From the NCBI RefSeq assembly GCF_040938485.1, contig NW_027271242.1, forward strand, positions 434,001 to 498,000: DNA of 64,000 bases. The letters run 5' to 3'. Below are positions 1 through 11,900 of this stretch, piece after piece (within the stretch, counting starts at the first letter, position 1; each line of letters starts with the position of its first letter). Position numbers and translations under genes: made by a program. The DNA comes from Diadema antillarum (Eukaryota). The notes below the pieces were generated by a model. That model did not search any database, had not been told where the DNA came from, and saw only the letters and a list, made by a program, of their open reading frames with translations.

Positions 1-23
1 AAGACACTGAATACCAAATAAAA

Positions 24-162
24 CAACCTGGGCACCGTTTCATGAAAGTAACAGTCAGTAACCAGAGCCTCTCAGCCAATCAAAACCAAGGATTTTACTG
101 AAATTGTCAGAGACTGACAACTTGTCAGGGCTGACAAGTTTCATGAAACAGTGCCCAGGTTG
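24..162. mobile_element. Short palindromic MITE (Harbinger-like termini)
   Basis: 24-bp terminal inverted repeats CAACCTGGGCAC(C/T)GTTTCATGAAA with 1 mismatch; lies in RBM45 intron 5. Confidence 0.7.
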
Positions 163-255
163 ACTCTAAAGATAAAAGTATGAAAATCCTCCAAAATTAG
201 TAGTACTAAATGATATCTACAGGCAGCTCCATCATCATGGCATCCACTGGCTTAC

Positions 256-3200
256 CCTTGTAGCCCCAGCTGACTTGTTCTTCCCTGTAGTCACAATACT
301 CCATACCCGGAACAATGCCGAAGAGGGCCTTGATCTGGGCCTCGGACACGGGACCGACGATGTCGGCAACCAGGCGGGGCGACACATTCACATGCAATGC
401 TGTGTGTGGCAGAAAAGTTTATGACATATCAGGCATCATAATTATGATCACATCAGCCAAATATCATCTGCTATGAGTTATTACTGGGCAGCCAACAGTC
501 TAAGCAAAGTTGCAGGACTGCATCAGATGCCATCTTGGACAGAATCTGAGGGGAAAATGGAAGAGTTTGGTAGAGAAGACAAATACCGTATTCGCCGGCG
601 CAAAGGCCGCAGCGCCGTATAAGCCACACCTCCGATTTGTGCAACGCAAAAAAAAAAAAACTAAAAAGTAGCGTGAAAACGGAAATAAACGAGTGGGTAC
701 CATACAAAAAACAATGTTCTCGCACACACGTAGATACATCGTTCAATCGAAAAACTCGAACAAACACTCGAACAAAAACTCACCTCCAAATTTTTGCCAG
801 TGAGGTAATAACTTAACAAAAATGAACAAAACACGCTCATAAGTACGATTGTACTCTGAAAATTAAGGTATAATGATACAAAGGCAAAAGAGAGAAAATG
901 AGAGAAAGGGACAGGAAATCTAGAGAACATACACCACAGGTGTGGGAGTCGAGTCGCTAGTCGAGTCGCATTGTAATAGACAGGTGATTGTCTGTACAGT
1001 CTATAGACAGGTACATTGTAATATAGTTAGACAGGTATTCATGTAATAGACAGGTACTACGGTACATTGTCATAGACAGGTACATTGTAATAGACAGGTA
1101 ATAATGTAATAGACAGGTTCTGACAAACACTTCTTAGTTAGCATAGCGCTACGCTTTGAGCTGAAGTTTTATTTTTGCCTCATTAATATTTCATAGAAAA
1201 GACAAAGAGGACATACTTGATGAGGAAAGTCAAGTTGTGAAACAAACACGGAATGCAGCTTTGCTTGTAAGATTTGTATACCGGTATTCATATCATCGGG
1301 GGATGGTTGCCTCCTTGGTTGCCTATTGTGTAGTCCCATACATGTATAAATGTGCTAGTTTTTACTCCCGATTTGCCGGGTTGCAGAGACCAATTTTGGT
1401 TTTGCCGCCAGAAAGGCCGCACCCCCACTTTTCATTTTTATTTTCTGAAAAATACTGCGGCCTATACGCCGGCGAATATGGTAGATTTTAGGAGATGAGC
1501 CAAAACTGAAGAGAGCACAGTGATACTGTTACGGCATACCTGATCCCGTGGGGAAGAAGAGGCTGTCGATATCAAAGCTTGCAGGTGGGGCGCCAGCTCT
1601 GGGAAGAGGAGGCGGGGAGGTGTATTCCCCTCTCATCGGATAGTCACTCTCCGGTCTGGAGTGGCTGAACCGCCCGTACTCCGACCTGGCTACATCTATT
1701 CGGCCGTAGTCGAGCCTGCCGTGGTCGTACCTGCCGTGGTCCAGTCGGCCATAGTCCGAACGGTCAGATCGATCCAGTCGATCGTAGTCCTCCCTCCGGT
1801 ACTCCCTATCATATCCGTCATCTCGACTGCGCTTCTCTGACTTTCTGGGTTCTGCTATGACTGCTTTGAAACCTGTAATGAAAGACATAAGCAGAATGTG
1901 TTTGCTGGTGATAAATGACTGAACAGAGATTGTCGTTTTAAAACATGTGCAACTAAACTACACCATTAGCAAGGTATGTCCAAACCATCTTATTTTCTTT
2001 ATTCCTGCAGTCTGTATTATGCATACACTTTTGTCATTATCTACATTGGGTTTGTACTTGTATGGGAAAACTTGACAGCATTGTGAAGGGGCACTATAAC
2101 TCTTGGATGATCACTTTGTTACTACAAGTACATCTCTGTGATTATCATACAATTGTAGCCTTTACATTACAAATGAAGAAAAAAAAGACAACAACATAAA
2201 GAAAGCCATGACAGCTATAAAAGCTGCACTAAAAATAGATAATAAAAATGTGCATGCTTGAAGTTTTGGGTGTTTAGACCACCAACAAGTAATGGAGACA
2301 GGCCAAGTCTATTTCAAGGCACATCATCCTTACAAATATATGACACATTTTCCTGTATCTGTGTGTCCATAAACACAAGGAAGAGAAACTACACATGACT
2401 ATTTCAGAGGGATGAATTTGTACATTTGTATGTGTTTACAACCATTTGCTATGAGAGATTGATAGATAGGTACAGCAGATAGAGGGATGGAAGGATTGAC
2501 AGGTGGATAGATAAAGTAATAGAAGCACCACTACTTGTCAGAACCTCTGGACATTACATCCCAGCCACAATTCTAGGTACCGGTAGTGGGCAGTTGATCC
2601 CTCAACCTGTAACATTTACGTTGTACTCTCGTGCAGTGTGGCATACACAGTGACAAACTGGATCTAAAGGCTGTAAGGATGATAACAATGTAAGTTCTTT
2701 TGCAATAAACTGCTCTGCGGGGTGGAAAATTGTTGAGCATCAGACATTCAGCTCACCCTTGTCGCAATTCTCCAATGCTTTGGCTGCGCCCGACACTTTC
2801 CTGAACTTGACATAACCAAAGCCTTTATTTGCTCCAGTTTTCTTGTCTGTGATGATGGTGACATGATCAATTTCTCCATATTCTGTGTTGCAAAATAAGA
2901 AAAAAAAAGGCAAAACTACAAGGTATCCTTTGCCATCATACATTGTTCATTACATTACATTTGCAGTGTAATATGCATGAGAACATATACATCACATTCC
3001 ATTGTTACATTGGGACCAATAAAATGTGCACACCTTTTCTTATTGTTTGAATACAAAGTGTTAGTCAAAACTACACTGTATCTCCACATCAGAAAAGGCG
3101 TAGGTAATATCAAATGATGGTACAGTGAAATCATATTGATTTTTACGGTGAGCAGAGCAGTATGTAAGACTATGATATAAATAAGTTAACTTGACAATTT

Positions 3201-4420
3201 TGTGTCCTTAAATCTTGATATTCTGATGATCCAATTCTAAGCTCTATCTTTCTTTGCCTACGTTTTTACCTTCAAAGTTCTTGTACAGCTCATCATCATC
3301 AAATGAATTTGGCACGACAACAAAAAGGCGCGTTAATTCCAGCTTTTCATCTATGTCTTTGGAACTGTGGGAACCTCTCGAGTTGGCAATGATGACCTGT
3401 GAATGAAACATTTGAAAAGGTATTCAGTAGAACTAGGTTAAAAGCTATACTTCGATCAATTCACATGGTAATAGATAACATACAAAGGAAAGTAGAATCA
3501 ATAATGCACTGTAGAAACCCAGTTGATGTCCCGCTTTTGAAGGCAAAAAGCTGACCTGTGCAACATGCAGCTCATGCAGATGTTCAAATGAAAGTGCTGT
3601 TTACACATAAACTGGAGCAAGTGAAGGAATGTATAATCATGACCATATAAAAAGCAATGTGCATTCTCAAGCAATAATCCCTTTTTGGATTTATCTTATT
3701 CTAAAATGTAGACATGCTAGTTAGAGTGCAGTTTAGCTTCTTTACTACTACATGTACTAGCACGATGACTGGCATGATCCCTAGTGTTGAAAGCTTTCAA
3801 ATACAATCAGGGCTGGGGTAAAAACCATCTACAAGCATGCATTTTGGCAGTCACCACTTTCTTATTCCAGTCTACAAGTAAAACTTTACATTTTGCTACA
3901 TTGTTTACAAGTTTGTAAGAACTCGTTAGCAAAATAAATCTTCAATCTTTACTTTTACTCAACAACAAAAGATGAGCCGACATTTTGTGGCAAAGACCTC
4001 TACATTTGTAGGCTGCAACAGTGAAGTACTACTAACGAATGTTACTAGTGTACGGTACTGCATGTGCCATGTAAATTGTAATGGTTGCAATTGCTGATGT
4101 GCGATGGCTGCCCTTACCTTGATAGGTTTGGTCATGTTCATCACTCGTTTTCCGTCTGAATCCTCCATAGCTTTTGCAGCTTGCGAGAACTTGGCAAACT
4201 TCACATACGCTACCCCCTTGGGCTCTCGAGTTACTTTGTCCTTCACAAGCCAGACATTTTCGACCTCACCAAACTGACTAAAATAATCCTTCAGATCAGA
4301 TTCTGTTTGATTCTTCGAGCAAATGATGAAGAGGCGGCTATTTGGCGGCTTATCAGCATTGCTTGCTGATCCCATTGGACCCTTTCCAGACCGATTCCTC
4401 TCTCTATCCAGAGAAGACAT
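256..4420 (-). CDS. RBM45: RNA-binding protein 45 (multi-RRM); coding exons 1-5, gene continues beyond the left edge
   Basis: Exons 4118-4420, 3270-3396, 2757-2882, 1540-1872 and 256-399 all have GT-AG boundaries and compatible phases. The translation gives RRM1 (PPNSRLFIICSK...KGVAYVKFAKFSQAAKAME), RRM2 (TRLFVVVP...NKGFGYVKFRKVSGAAKALENCDKGFKAVIAEPR) and the start of RRM3 (LFGIVPGMEYCDY), matching the RBM45/Drb1 architecture as I recall it. Confidence 0.93.
586..1481. mobile_element. Non-autonomous Tc1/mariner (pogo-like) DNA transposon with internal minisatellite
   Basis: TA|CCGTATTCGCCGGCG-AAAGGCCGCA ... TGCGGCCTATACGCCGGCGAATATGG|TA: imperfect TIRs flanked by a TA duplication. Internal (ATTGTAATAGACAGGT)-like repeats at about 970-1118. 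Fills most of RBM45 intron 4. Confidence 0.75.
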
Positions 4421-4429
4421 TTTGACGTG

Positions 4430-4960
4430 TTTCGATTACCAGCAACACAACGCCTCAGCTACGTACTGGTCTAGATGTCTAAACGTTAGTGTCTCCTCCT
4501 CTGATGAATCCTAGGGTAGCTCGGGATGTGACTAGATGCCACTGCTGCACAGACGGATGACCGTAGCGAAGACGACACACAAAAGGCTGCAGCTGCAGAA
4601 ACCGGGTCCGGGCCGACACCCACCGCTGCACTGCCCGACACGCACGCAGTGACGAGAGGGTAAGCTTCTTGTACTTGCAGCTCTAGGTCGTTAACGTTAC
4701 TCGATTAGGCCTACCACGATTACTGAAAACGATGTAAGATAGAAACTCATCTCAAGCAGAAAGTTAGCCAAATTATTGCACTGTACGAGCACCAGAGGTT
4801 CAGGAAGCCCTAAAGTGAATGTTCGATATATATTTACCACTTTTCAAGGTAACTGTAAGCTGCAAATAAAGGGCCTTAAGCGGAGATACCGGATCCACGC
4901 ATCTACATAGCTTGTATTAGCAGCTACCAGTCAGGAACATGCATGATGCGTGGCGTGAAT
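4430..4960 (-). promoter_or_regulatory. CpG-rich 5'UTR/promoter region of RBM45
   Basis: CpG- and GC-rich stretch immediately upstream of the ATG at 4420, contrasting with CpG-poor flanks. TSS not determinable. Confidence 0.5.
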
Positions 4961-6109
4961 GATTACTGAGGGCGCTGTTCATCAGCTGCAGAATTCAAGA
5001 GCCCAGCTTGTTATTACTGTACAGATTGTATTGTCAGGGCTTGAACTGCAGACGTGTTTTCATTATGTTCTACTTTTTCCACACTCTTCTGTTTGAAATT
5101 CAATGTTTGTGATTGTCTTCCAGTTTGGCTTGTGTGTGTTAGTAATGCCATTTGATGTTTATAGACCAATGTAGGTAACATATCTTACACTTATGTTTTT
5201 GTTTTTGTTTTTTGTCGTTGTTTTTGTTTTTATTTACAAGACACTATTTTGTGACACACGAGATATCTAGTTGGGTTGAAGATGAAAGAGGATACTAGTA
5301 TATCCTCTCATGTCTGTACCCGTCGTTTTTTTTTTTTTTTTTTACAGCTGTCATGTTTGGTTTTGTTTTTTTTTTCTTGTGAGCCCATGTTAGTTCTCGA
5401 ACCCCTTCCATAGGAGAAAGCCACATTGAATTTATTTCACAAATGTATTCAATTACACCCTTGTGTAATTGCATGGTTCAGAAAATGTTTTTCTTTTCTC
5501 TGTAACATGAGATAAGTTATGAATGTATATTTTGCCTTTCACTAGCTTTTGTAGTCCTTTGTTCCTTGTATAGGCCTTTATTTTTGAAGTTCTTTTTTAT
5601 CATTATGGCATATCTGATGTTACTCTTGTCTCGTTCTCCAGTAGACACCCCCCCCCCCCCCCCACATCTGCACAATCACAAATATTTTAACAGACTTTTT
5701 TGTTGTATTAGATGAGAAAATCAAATACACAGAACAAGATCGGTTTTGGTGGTCTAATGGTATGTAGTAAATACTGATGTAACAAGCTAGGAGTACGATC
5801 ACATAATGTTATGGTATGTGTGATGTCAATGTGATGCATCATCACAATGGTCAGAGGGAAAATAATTTTTTGGTTTATTGCAGATGTGAATTAATGATAA
5901 GTTTTAAATTGATATATAATTTGCCCTACTTCACCACACGATTAATATCTTTCAAATAATTGAAAGTTAGAAAATTGTACAAGTTATGTTGCCAAAGATG
6001 GCTTTTCACACATGGTTCTTCCCTGTATGATCTAAGACTTCATACAGGAAACATGACGGCATACCACAAACAAGAAATTTCTATGCCGTCACCCTCTCAC
6101 AGCGTGTTA

Positions 6110-6140
<31 letters not shown>

Positions 6141-8660
6141 GCAAATAACACTTAGTAAAATTGGTATTAAAAAGGGCTTCTTCATGCCTTCCACGACATG
6201 ACTGTGTATTTTAACCTGTCTATGCATTATATACAGACATTGTATGGTAGCAAAGGCAAAAACATAAAAACTAGTAATCATGAAAGATGAACTGGGAACA
6301 GCTTTTCGTATATACTAACTGTGGATGCAAACAGCAAATTCTTATCAATGTCATAATCATACTCAAGCACAACAAATGGAGAAAACATGAGGAGAGAAAT
6401 TGTTTCCTCTGTAGAAATTTAATCAGCGGCGGTTATTGCAACAACACACACAAATTGAGATAATTTACTTCCATGGACATTCCAAGAATCACTCCTCTAT
6501 AGAGCATGAAAACCACTTGAAATACATGTAGTTGATAATAAGCTTGGAGCTTGTTGCCTGGTCTTACTGAATACATACAGGAATTCATCAAGCACACATT
6601 AGGACATTCACAGGAGAAGTTTAGAAGCATAAAATTTGCTTTATGGAAGATAAGACTACTATGCAGAAATTATACACTGTAAATACTGTATGTGACGGCC
6701 AAAGACAGACAAGGTTTATATAGTTTAATTGGGGACATCAGAATATCTATCCACATGACAGATAATTTTCAACCCCATCCCCCTTTTTAAATGAGATGCC
6801 ATTGTCAAGCCCAATAAGATATTCACAAGTGAACTAACTCCAAACTCGGAACCGATTATGTTCAGACATCCATCCCTTATGGACCCACTGTGCTGGCTCA
6901 TCAAGAAGTCTTCCATCTAATTACATGTGCAAATGTGAATTTCCCAGAAATATGCAAAACAGAGATACCTCAGATGAAATATCTTGCCTGCCGATGGCTA
7001 CATGTAGCATCCAGTCAGGCCAAACCTTTATCCCTTTAAGTTTCAGTTTTCTTGGCACTTGTATACAATTCAATGAAAGGGATCTCTTAAAGCTGCAGCA
7101 CTGTCTTACATGAGAGTTTGTAAGGAACAACATGTCACTAAAAGTCAACAGAATAAGTAATTGATGTGAAAGAATGACCATGAGTTACTCACATATATAG
7201 GTAGCAAGTTTCATGATTTTTGTGGAGCTTGCCTACAAATTTCATGATTTTTTAAAAACATTTTGCATAATTCTAACATCATGGATCACTAAACATTACA
7301 TACTTATGTGACATCAACTGGAGAATAACTTGATATTGTGGTCAGCCCTACTGCAATAAACAAAACAAAATAACACAGAACCAAACATTTAACGCGCAAC
7401 TGTGTGATTGCAATCTGTGTAGCCATTTTAGACAGGGGCCTGTTTGGTGATCGACATGAATACATCAAACCAGCACTTAAAAGAGGTATGAAATGAACCC
7501 TTCAAGCCTCAGAAGGTACATATTTTTCTCTCTTTTAAGTCTCTCCTTCATACCAATATAACATAACTGCACAGCGAAATACAAACTGCAGATGTATAAA
7601 TTAGTGTATTTCAGGTTTAAGATTCAAGTTCTTCCAGTGACATGTGTGAAATACGATTATGTTCTACTCACTTCAAGGTCATGGTTTGGGGAAGAGATAT
7701 ATTCATCAAAATAACAAACAAATAACAAAAAAACATACATTCCTAGTACAGCTGATATAGACTATGATATCAAGTTTACTGCCACGCTGGAGTAGAACAG
7801 TTCGATACAAAGTGTACCTGAAGGCTAACAGATCCAGAAAACGTTCTTCCTGATTGTTTCATACTGGACACAAAGGATAAAAGAGAAGGGTAAGAAATAA
7901 CCATGATATTACATGTCTGAATATTGGAATGCCTGAATATGGACAGCAGCTTTCTGAATATTTCTCAAATATATGATGAAGAGCAACACAGGTCACTCCT
8001 GTTACAATGAACATGGTTTTAAACAAATTTCATTACAACAAAGTAAAAATTCAGGTTCCAAAATTGTTATCATTAAGGTCTTTGGTGAAAAATTTCTATA
8101 TAGAAACAGAAAACTGCCATTCCCAAAGACTATTAAACCTGGGGTTGCCTGTACATGTATTACAAAACTAATTCAGACATTTTATCCAGTCTTCAAGGGA
8201 ACAAAAACAAAATAACATGTTGAAGAAGAAATTCTTCATCAAAAAGATACTCTGTGTCCAAATGTGTTAGTTGCAGATTTCGGCAACAGCCAAGCAGAAT
8301 GAGATGAATTTCAGAGGCATTTGTAGACACTAATCATCACTATTCAAGAGTCATATTGCAGAAAGGGAAGATAATTACTTGAATAGTTCATTGCTAACAG
8401 ACAAGTACAGGGATACTGTATAATTTCTGGTTCATGATCACCTCACCACAGGATCACCTACCCACTGTATGTGACAACTTGAAGGAAACACACACTTGTC
8501 TTTGCATATCTGGCCAGAAAGTGGATATTCCTGGTACATATTCAACACAAATTTGGCTATGAGCCATCTGATGTTAATTTCCATGTGAACACATTTTACA
8601 GAAGATGATAAATCTACATCAACATGACAAAAATTATTTTTCCTAAATAAAAAGTTTTTT

Positions 8661-8666
8661 TTTATT
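8661..8666 (-). terminator. Candidate polyadenylation signal of the pyrophosphatase gene
   Basis: AATAAA on the minus strand about 270 nt after the TAA stop. It is embedded in an A-run, so it could be coincidental. Confidence 0.35.
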
Positions 8667-8935
8667 TTTAATCTGAACATAGCAGATAAACATAAATGTA
8701 CATACATAACCACTATAGTTCCCATCCAGAAGTGAAGATTGTACACCACAGACATGTATAATATAAGGCTATGATAGATCACTCTAAAAATTAAAGGTCC
8801 ACATCACTGTGAAATTCATTCAGAGGCACAAACTATATGATGTAAAGAATAAAAGGTTGGTGACGATGGAATGACAGACAGATTCTAGGTTCAGCGAGGC
8901 ACCGTTCCCATGGTAACATGCTTGATGAATTGACG

Positions 8936-11900
8936 TTACATCTTTGCTTCCACGAAGTGGTTGTTGTTGTCAACTGAAAGCAAGGAACAATATAGACAAG
9001 ATATATGAAGTGGTAAACAAAACAATTGTATGAAGTCATTATTGTACATTAATGAATTAAAAAAAAAAAGAAAATATCCTTACACATTCCAGTTTGCCTT
9101 TTTGTGAAACATTTTTCTCATATAATCATAATTTAATCACAGCGATGTAAAAGTACTGGCTAAAGAGTAAAAAGCTACTTTCAACATATCTAACAGTGAT
9201 ATAGACATTTCTGTGTGCTAGGAATTATCTAAAATGCACCGCTTCACCCAAACACCTAAACAGGCATAAAATATAAGGTGCATGTTTGTTTCCCAGTGCC
9301 AATACCTAGGATAGTCAACTCCTAGGATGCATTCACATTGCCATCTGTCGCGGTGCAACAACGGTGTTGCAACAGGATGCACTCCGGTAACAAAATGTTA
9401 CGGGACTGTACTGGGACGCATCACACCTTTGTAGTCTGTGATGGAGTGTGGTGCGCCTTCACATTGCCACCCGTCCCGGTACAACAGTGGTTCAATACCG
9501 AAACAACACCGGAACATTTGGGCAATGTGAATGAGGTACTAGATTAAAAACTCTGACATCCACTTCAATTTTACCCTATTGCTTCCATAATTTGATAATG
9601 AATTCATAGAGGCAAAACTGTTAAACATCACGTGTTCATAGATAAAGCACTAGGTTATAATATGAAATTGTGTGGATGCTGGACTAAACTACAAAGCAGG
9701 AACTATAAAGAAAGAAGAACAATGTCTTCTTTGGGAGTAAATGGAGTACGATGGATGACAAAAAACAAACAAACAAAACAAAACTTACCTTCTGGGTCTC
9801 TTGGAAGGGGTTCCTTTGGAGCAGGAGACTGTAATGCAACATAAACAATAAATGATATTAAACCTTCTCAAAGGCATAGAAGCTCACTGAGGATTATTGT
9901 ATGCTAAAGGAATCATTGGCCCGTGTCAAACTGAGATGCCATTAAAGGGACTGTACAGTTCTGGTTGAGGTGAGGATTTAGCTTTAAACATTTTGCGAGA
10001 TATTCAGAAACCACTCTACGAGATGTCAAAGAGCATGCAATTCTAAGGGGTATCAAAAGTTTATTTGATGAAAATCGGTTTTGAAATGGCTGAGATATCC
10101 TAAAACAAGGTAAAACAAAGAGATCCTAATAAAAGGCGTGGCCTGACGCCTTTTATTATTATCACTTTTTTGGATATCTCAGCCATTTGAAAACCAATTT
10201 TCATCAAATTAACATTGAATCCTTCTTAAAATTACATGCTCTTTCATATTTCATAAGAGGTTTCTCATTATCTCACATAGGAATGTTATAAACCTGAATC
10301 CCCACCTAAACCAGTACTGTACAGTCCCTTTAACATATCTAAATCTAATACAAATAGAAATACATTTTATATCTCTACTACTACTGTTGTAATAAGTACC
10401 TCCTTTGGATACAGAGGAAAAGGGGATTGTTACTGTAGATCTACAACTAAAATAAATACTTTTGAAATGAGACAAGACTACAAATTACTACACTACAGTT
10501 TCTGGTTTACTACAGTACTAAAGACATACTCACACTCTTTTTTTTTCTGAAAAGTTTGAATGGAATTGTCATAAAATGGACTGTGGTTGTATCAAACTGG
10601 ACCAGTGAACTCGCCTTTTTTTTTCTTCTTTTTTTCTTTTTTTTAGATATTGCTATATCAGGGTTTGAAGAATAAAATATAGAGAAACTATGAAGTTTTC
10701 CATACAGAAATCTACTTTATTATAACAAATATATGTTTTACTAGTGTTCTGTAAAATGATAGTCCACTGCAACATATGCTATTAAATTTGTCAGTTACAC
10801 TATGTTGTCCTTGACATTCTAAAGTCATGTCATCTATCTCACATGAAATCCAAAGTGAGCAGGACAGACTTAGATACAATTTCCAAGTGATTCAGACGAG
10901 AGGTGCACTACCATTGGCTTTCACGGTCAAGGAAAAGTGGCAAGCATCCAACCAATTTGGCAATATCAAGATAATTGCTTACGCCCGGCAAAAAGTCCCT
11001 GAATAAATACTCTTTGAACAATGACTCTAACATCTTTCACTTCCTGAGATTGTCCTACTTCTCCATCTAGAACGAATTATTACGGCACTCACTTGTTGAA
11101 GTGCAGCTTGGGCTTCATTTGCTGGGATCTTGTACTTGCTGGATTCTACCGTGACGTTGGCACTGAAATCAAACGTATAAATAATAGTACAGACACAATG
11201 TTATCACATAGTTGGAAGCCAGTATTACACCGGTCATAAAGTCCGATGTTAAGAGATAGTATCGCTAAAATAATCAAGGTATCGTTTAGACATTTTTAAC
11301 TAACTTTTATCAGATAAGAAAGCCCTCTTAAAACATAAACACATGGGAAATCTAAAAACAATCTCGCTGATATAAAGTGCTAGCAAGGGCAATGATGTGA
11401 TGAAATGCATACATTTTCCATTTCACAAGCTCTCCTCTTTTGTAACAAATAAGTAGTATTCATCTGTATTATATATATATATATATTGCCATTGGTTCTC
11501 TCGTCTTTTTGTTTTTTGTTTTTTGATATGTGTATTCTTTTGGGGATTTTCACAAGGGAAATGGGGTAGAAATGTGAAGGAGCAGCAGGACAAGTCTAGT
11601 TCTGAAAATAGATCCTATCCCAAGAAATACTTGGAGGTCAGTAGTGAGGGAGAGAGAGAGTAATGTAGTATTAGAAGATAGATAAAGCAAAAAATTCCTC
11701 ATTCAGTCAACATAATACAAATAACAGAAGATATATTTTGAATGAATGTTTGAACTGGAGTGCATGCAATTGACCCTGTGCACTAGATGTTTTGTTTGTT
11801 TAAAATGCACCAGCTGTAAAATCCAGCACACCTTAGGGCTGAGGCATAACCATTTTCTTACTAAACACTGTATTTCAGTCATTGCAATGCTGCCATCCAG

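Noticed and set aside
2923-2931. Perfect U12-type donor GTATCCTTT
   Set aside because: It is on the plus strand, antisense to RBM45, with no associated exon or U12 branch site; about one such 9-mer is expected by chance in a window this size.
5620-8800. Protein-coding gene between RBM45 and PPA
   Set aside because: The short ORFs show no recognisable homology or consistent splice phases; at most it is non-coding transcription (see findings).
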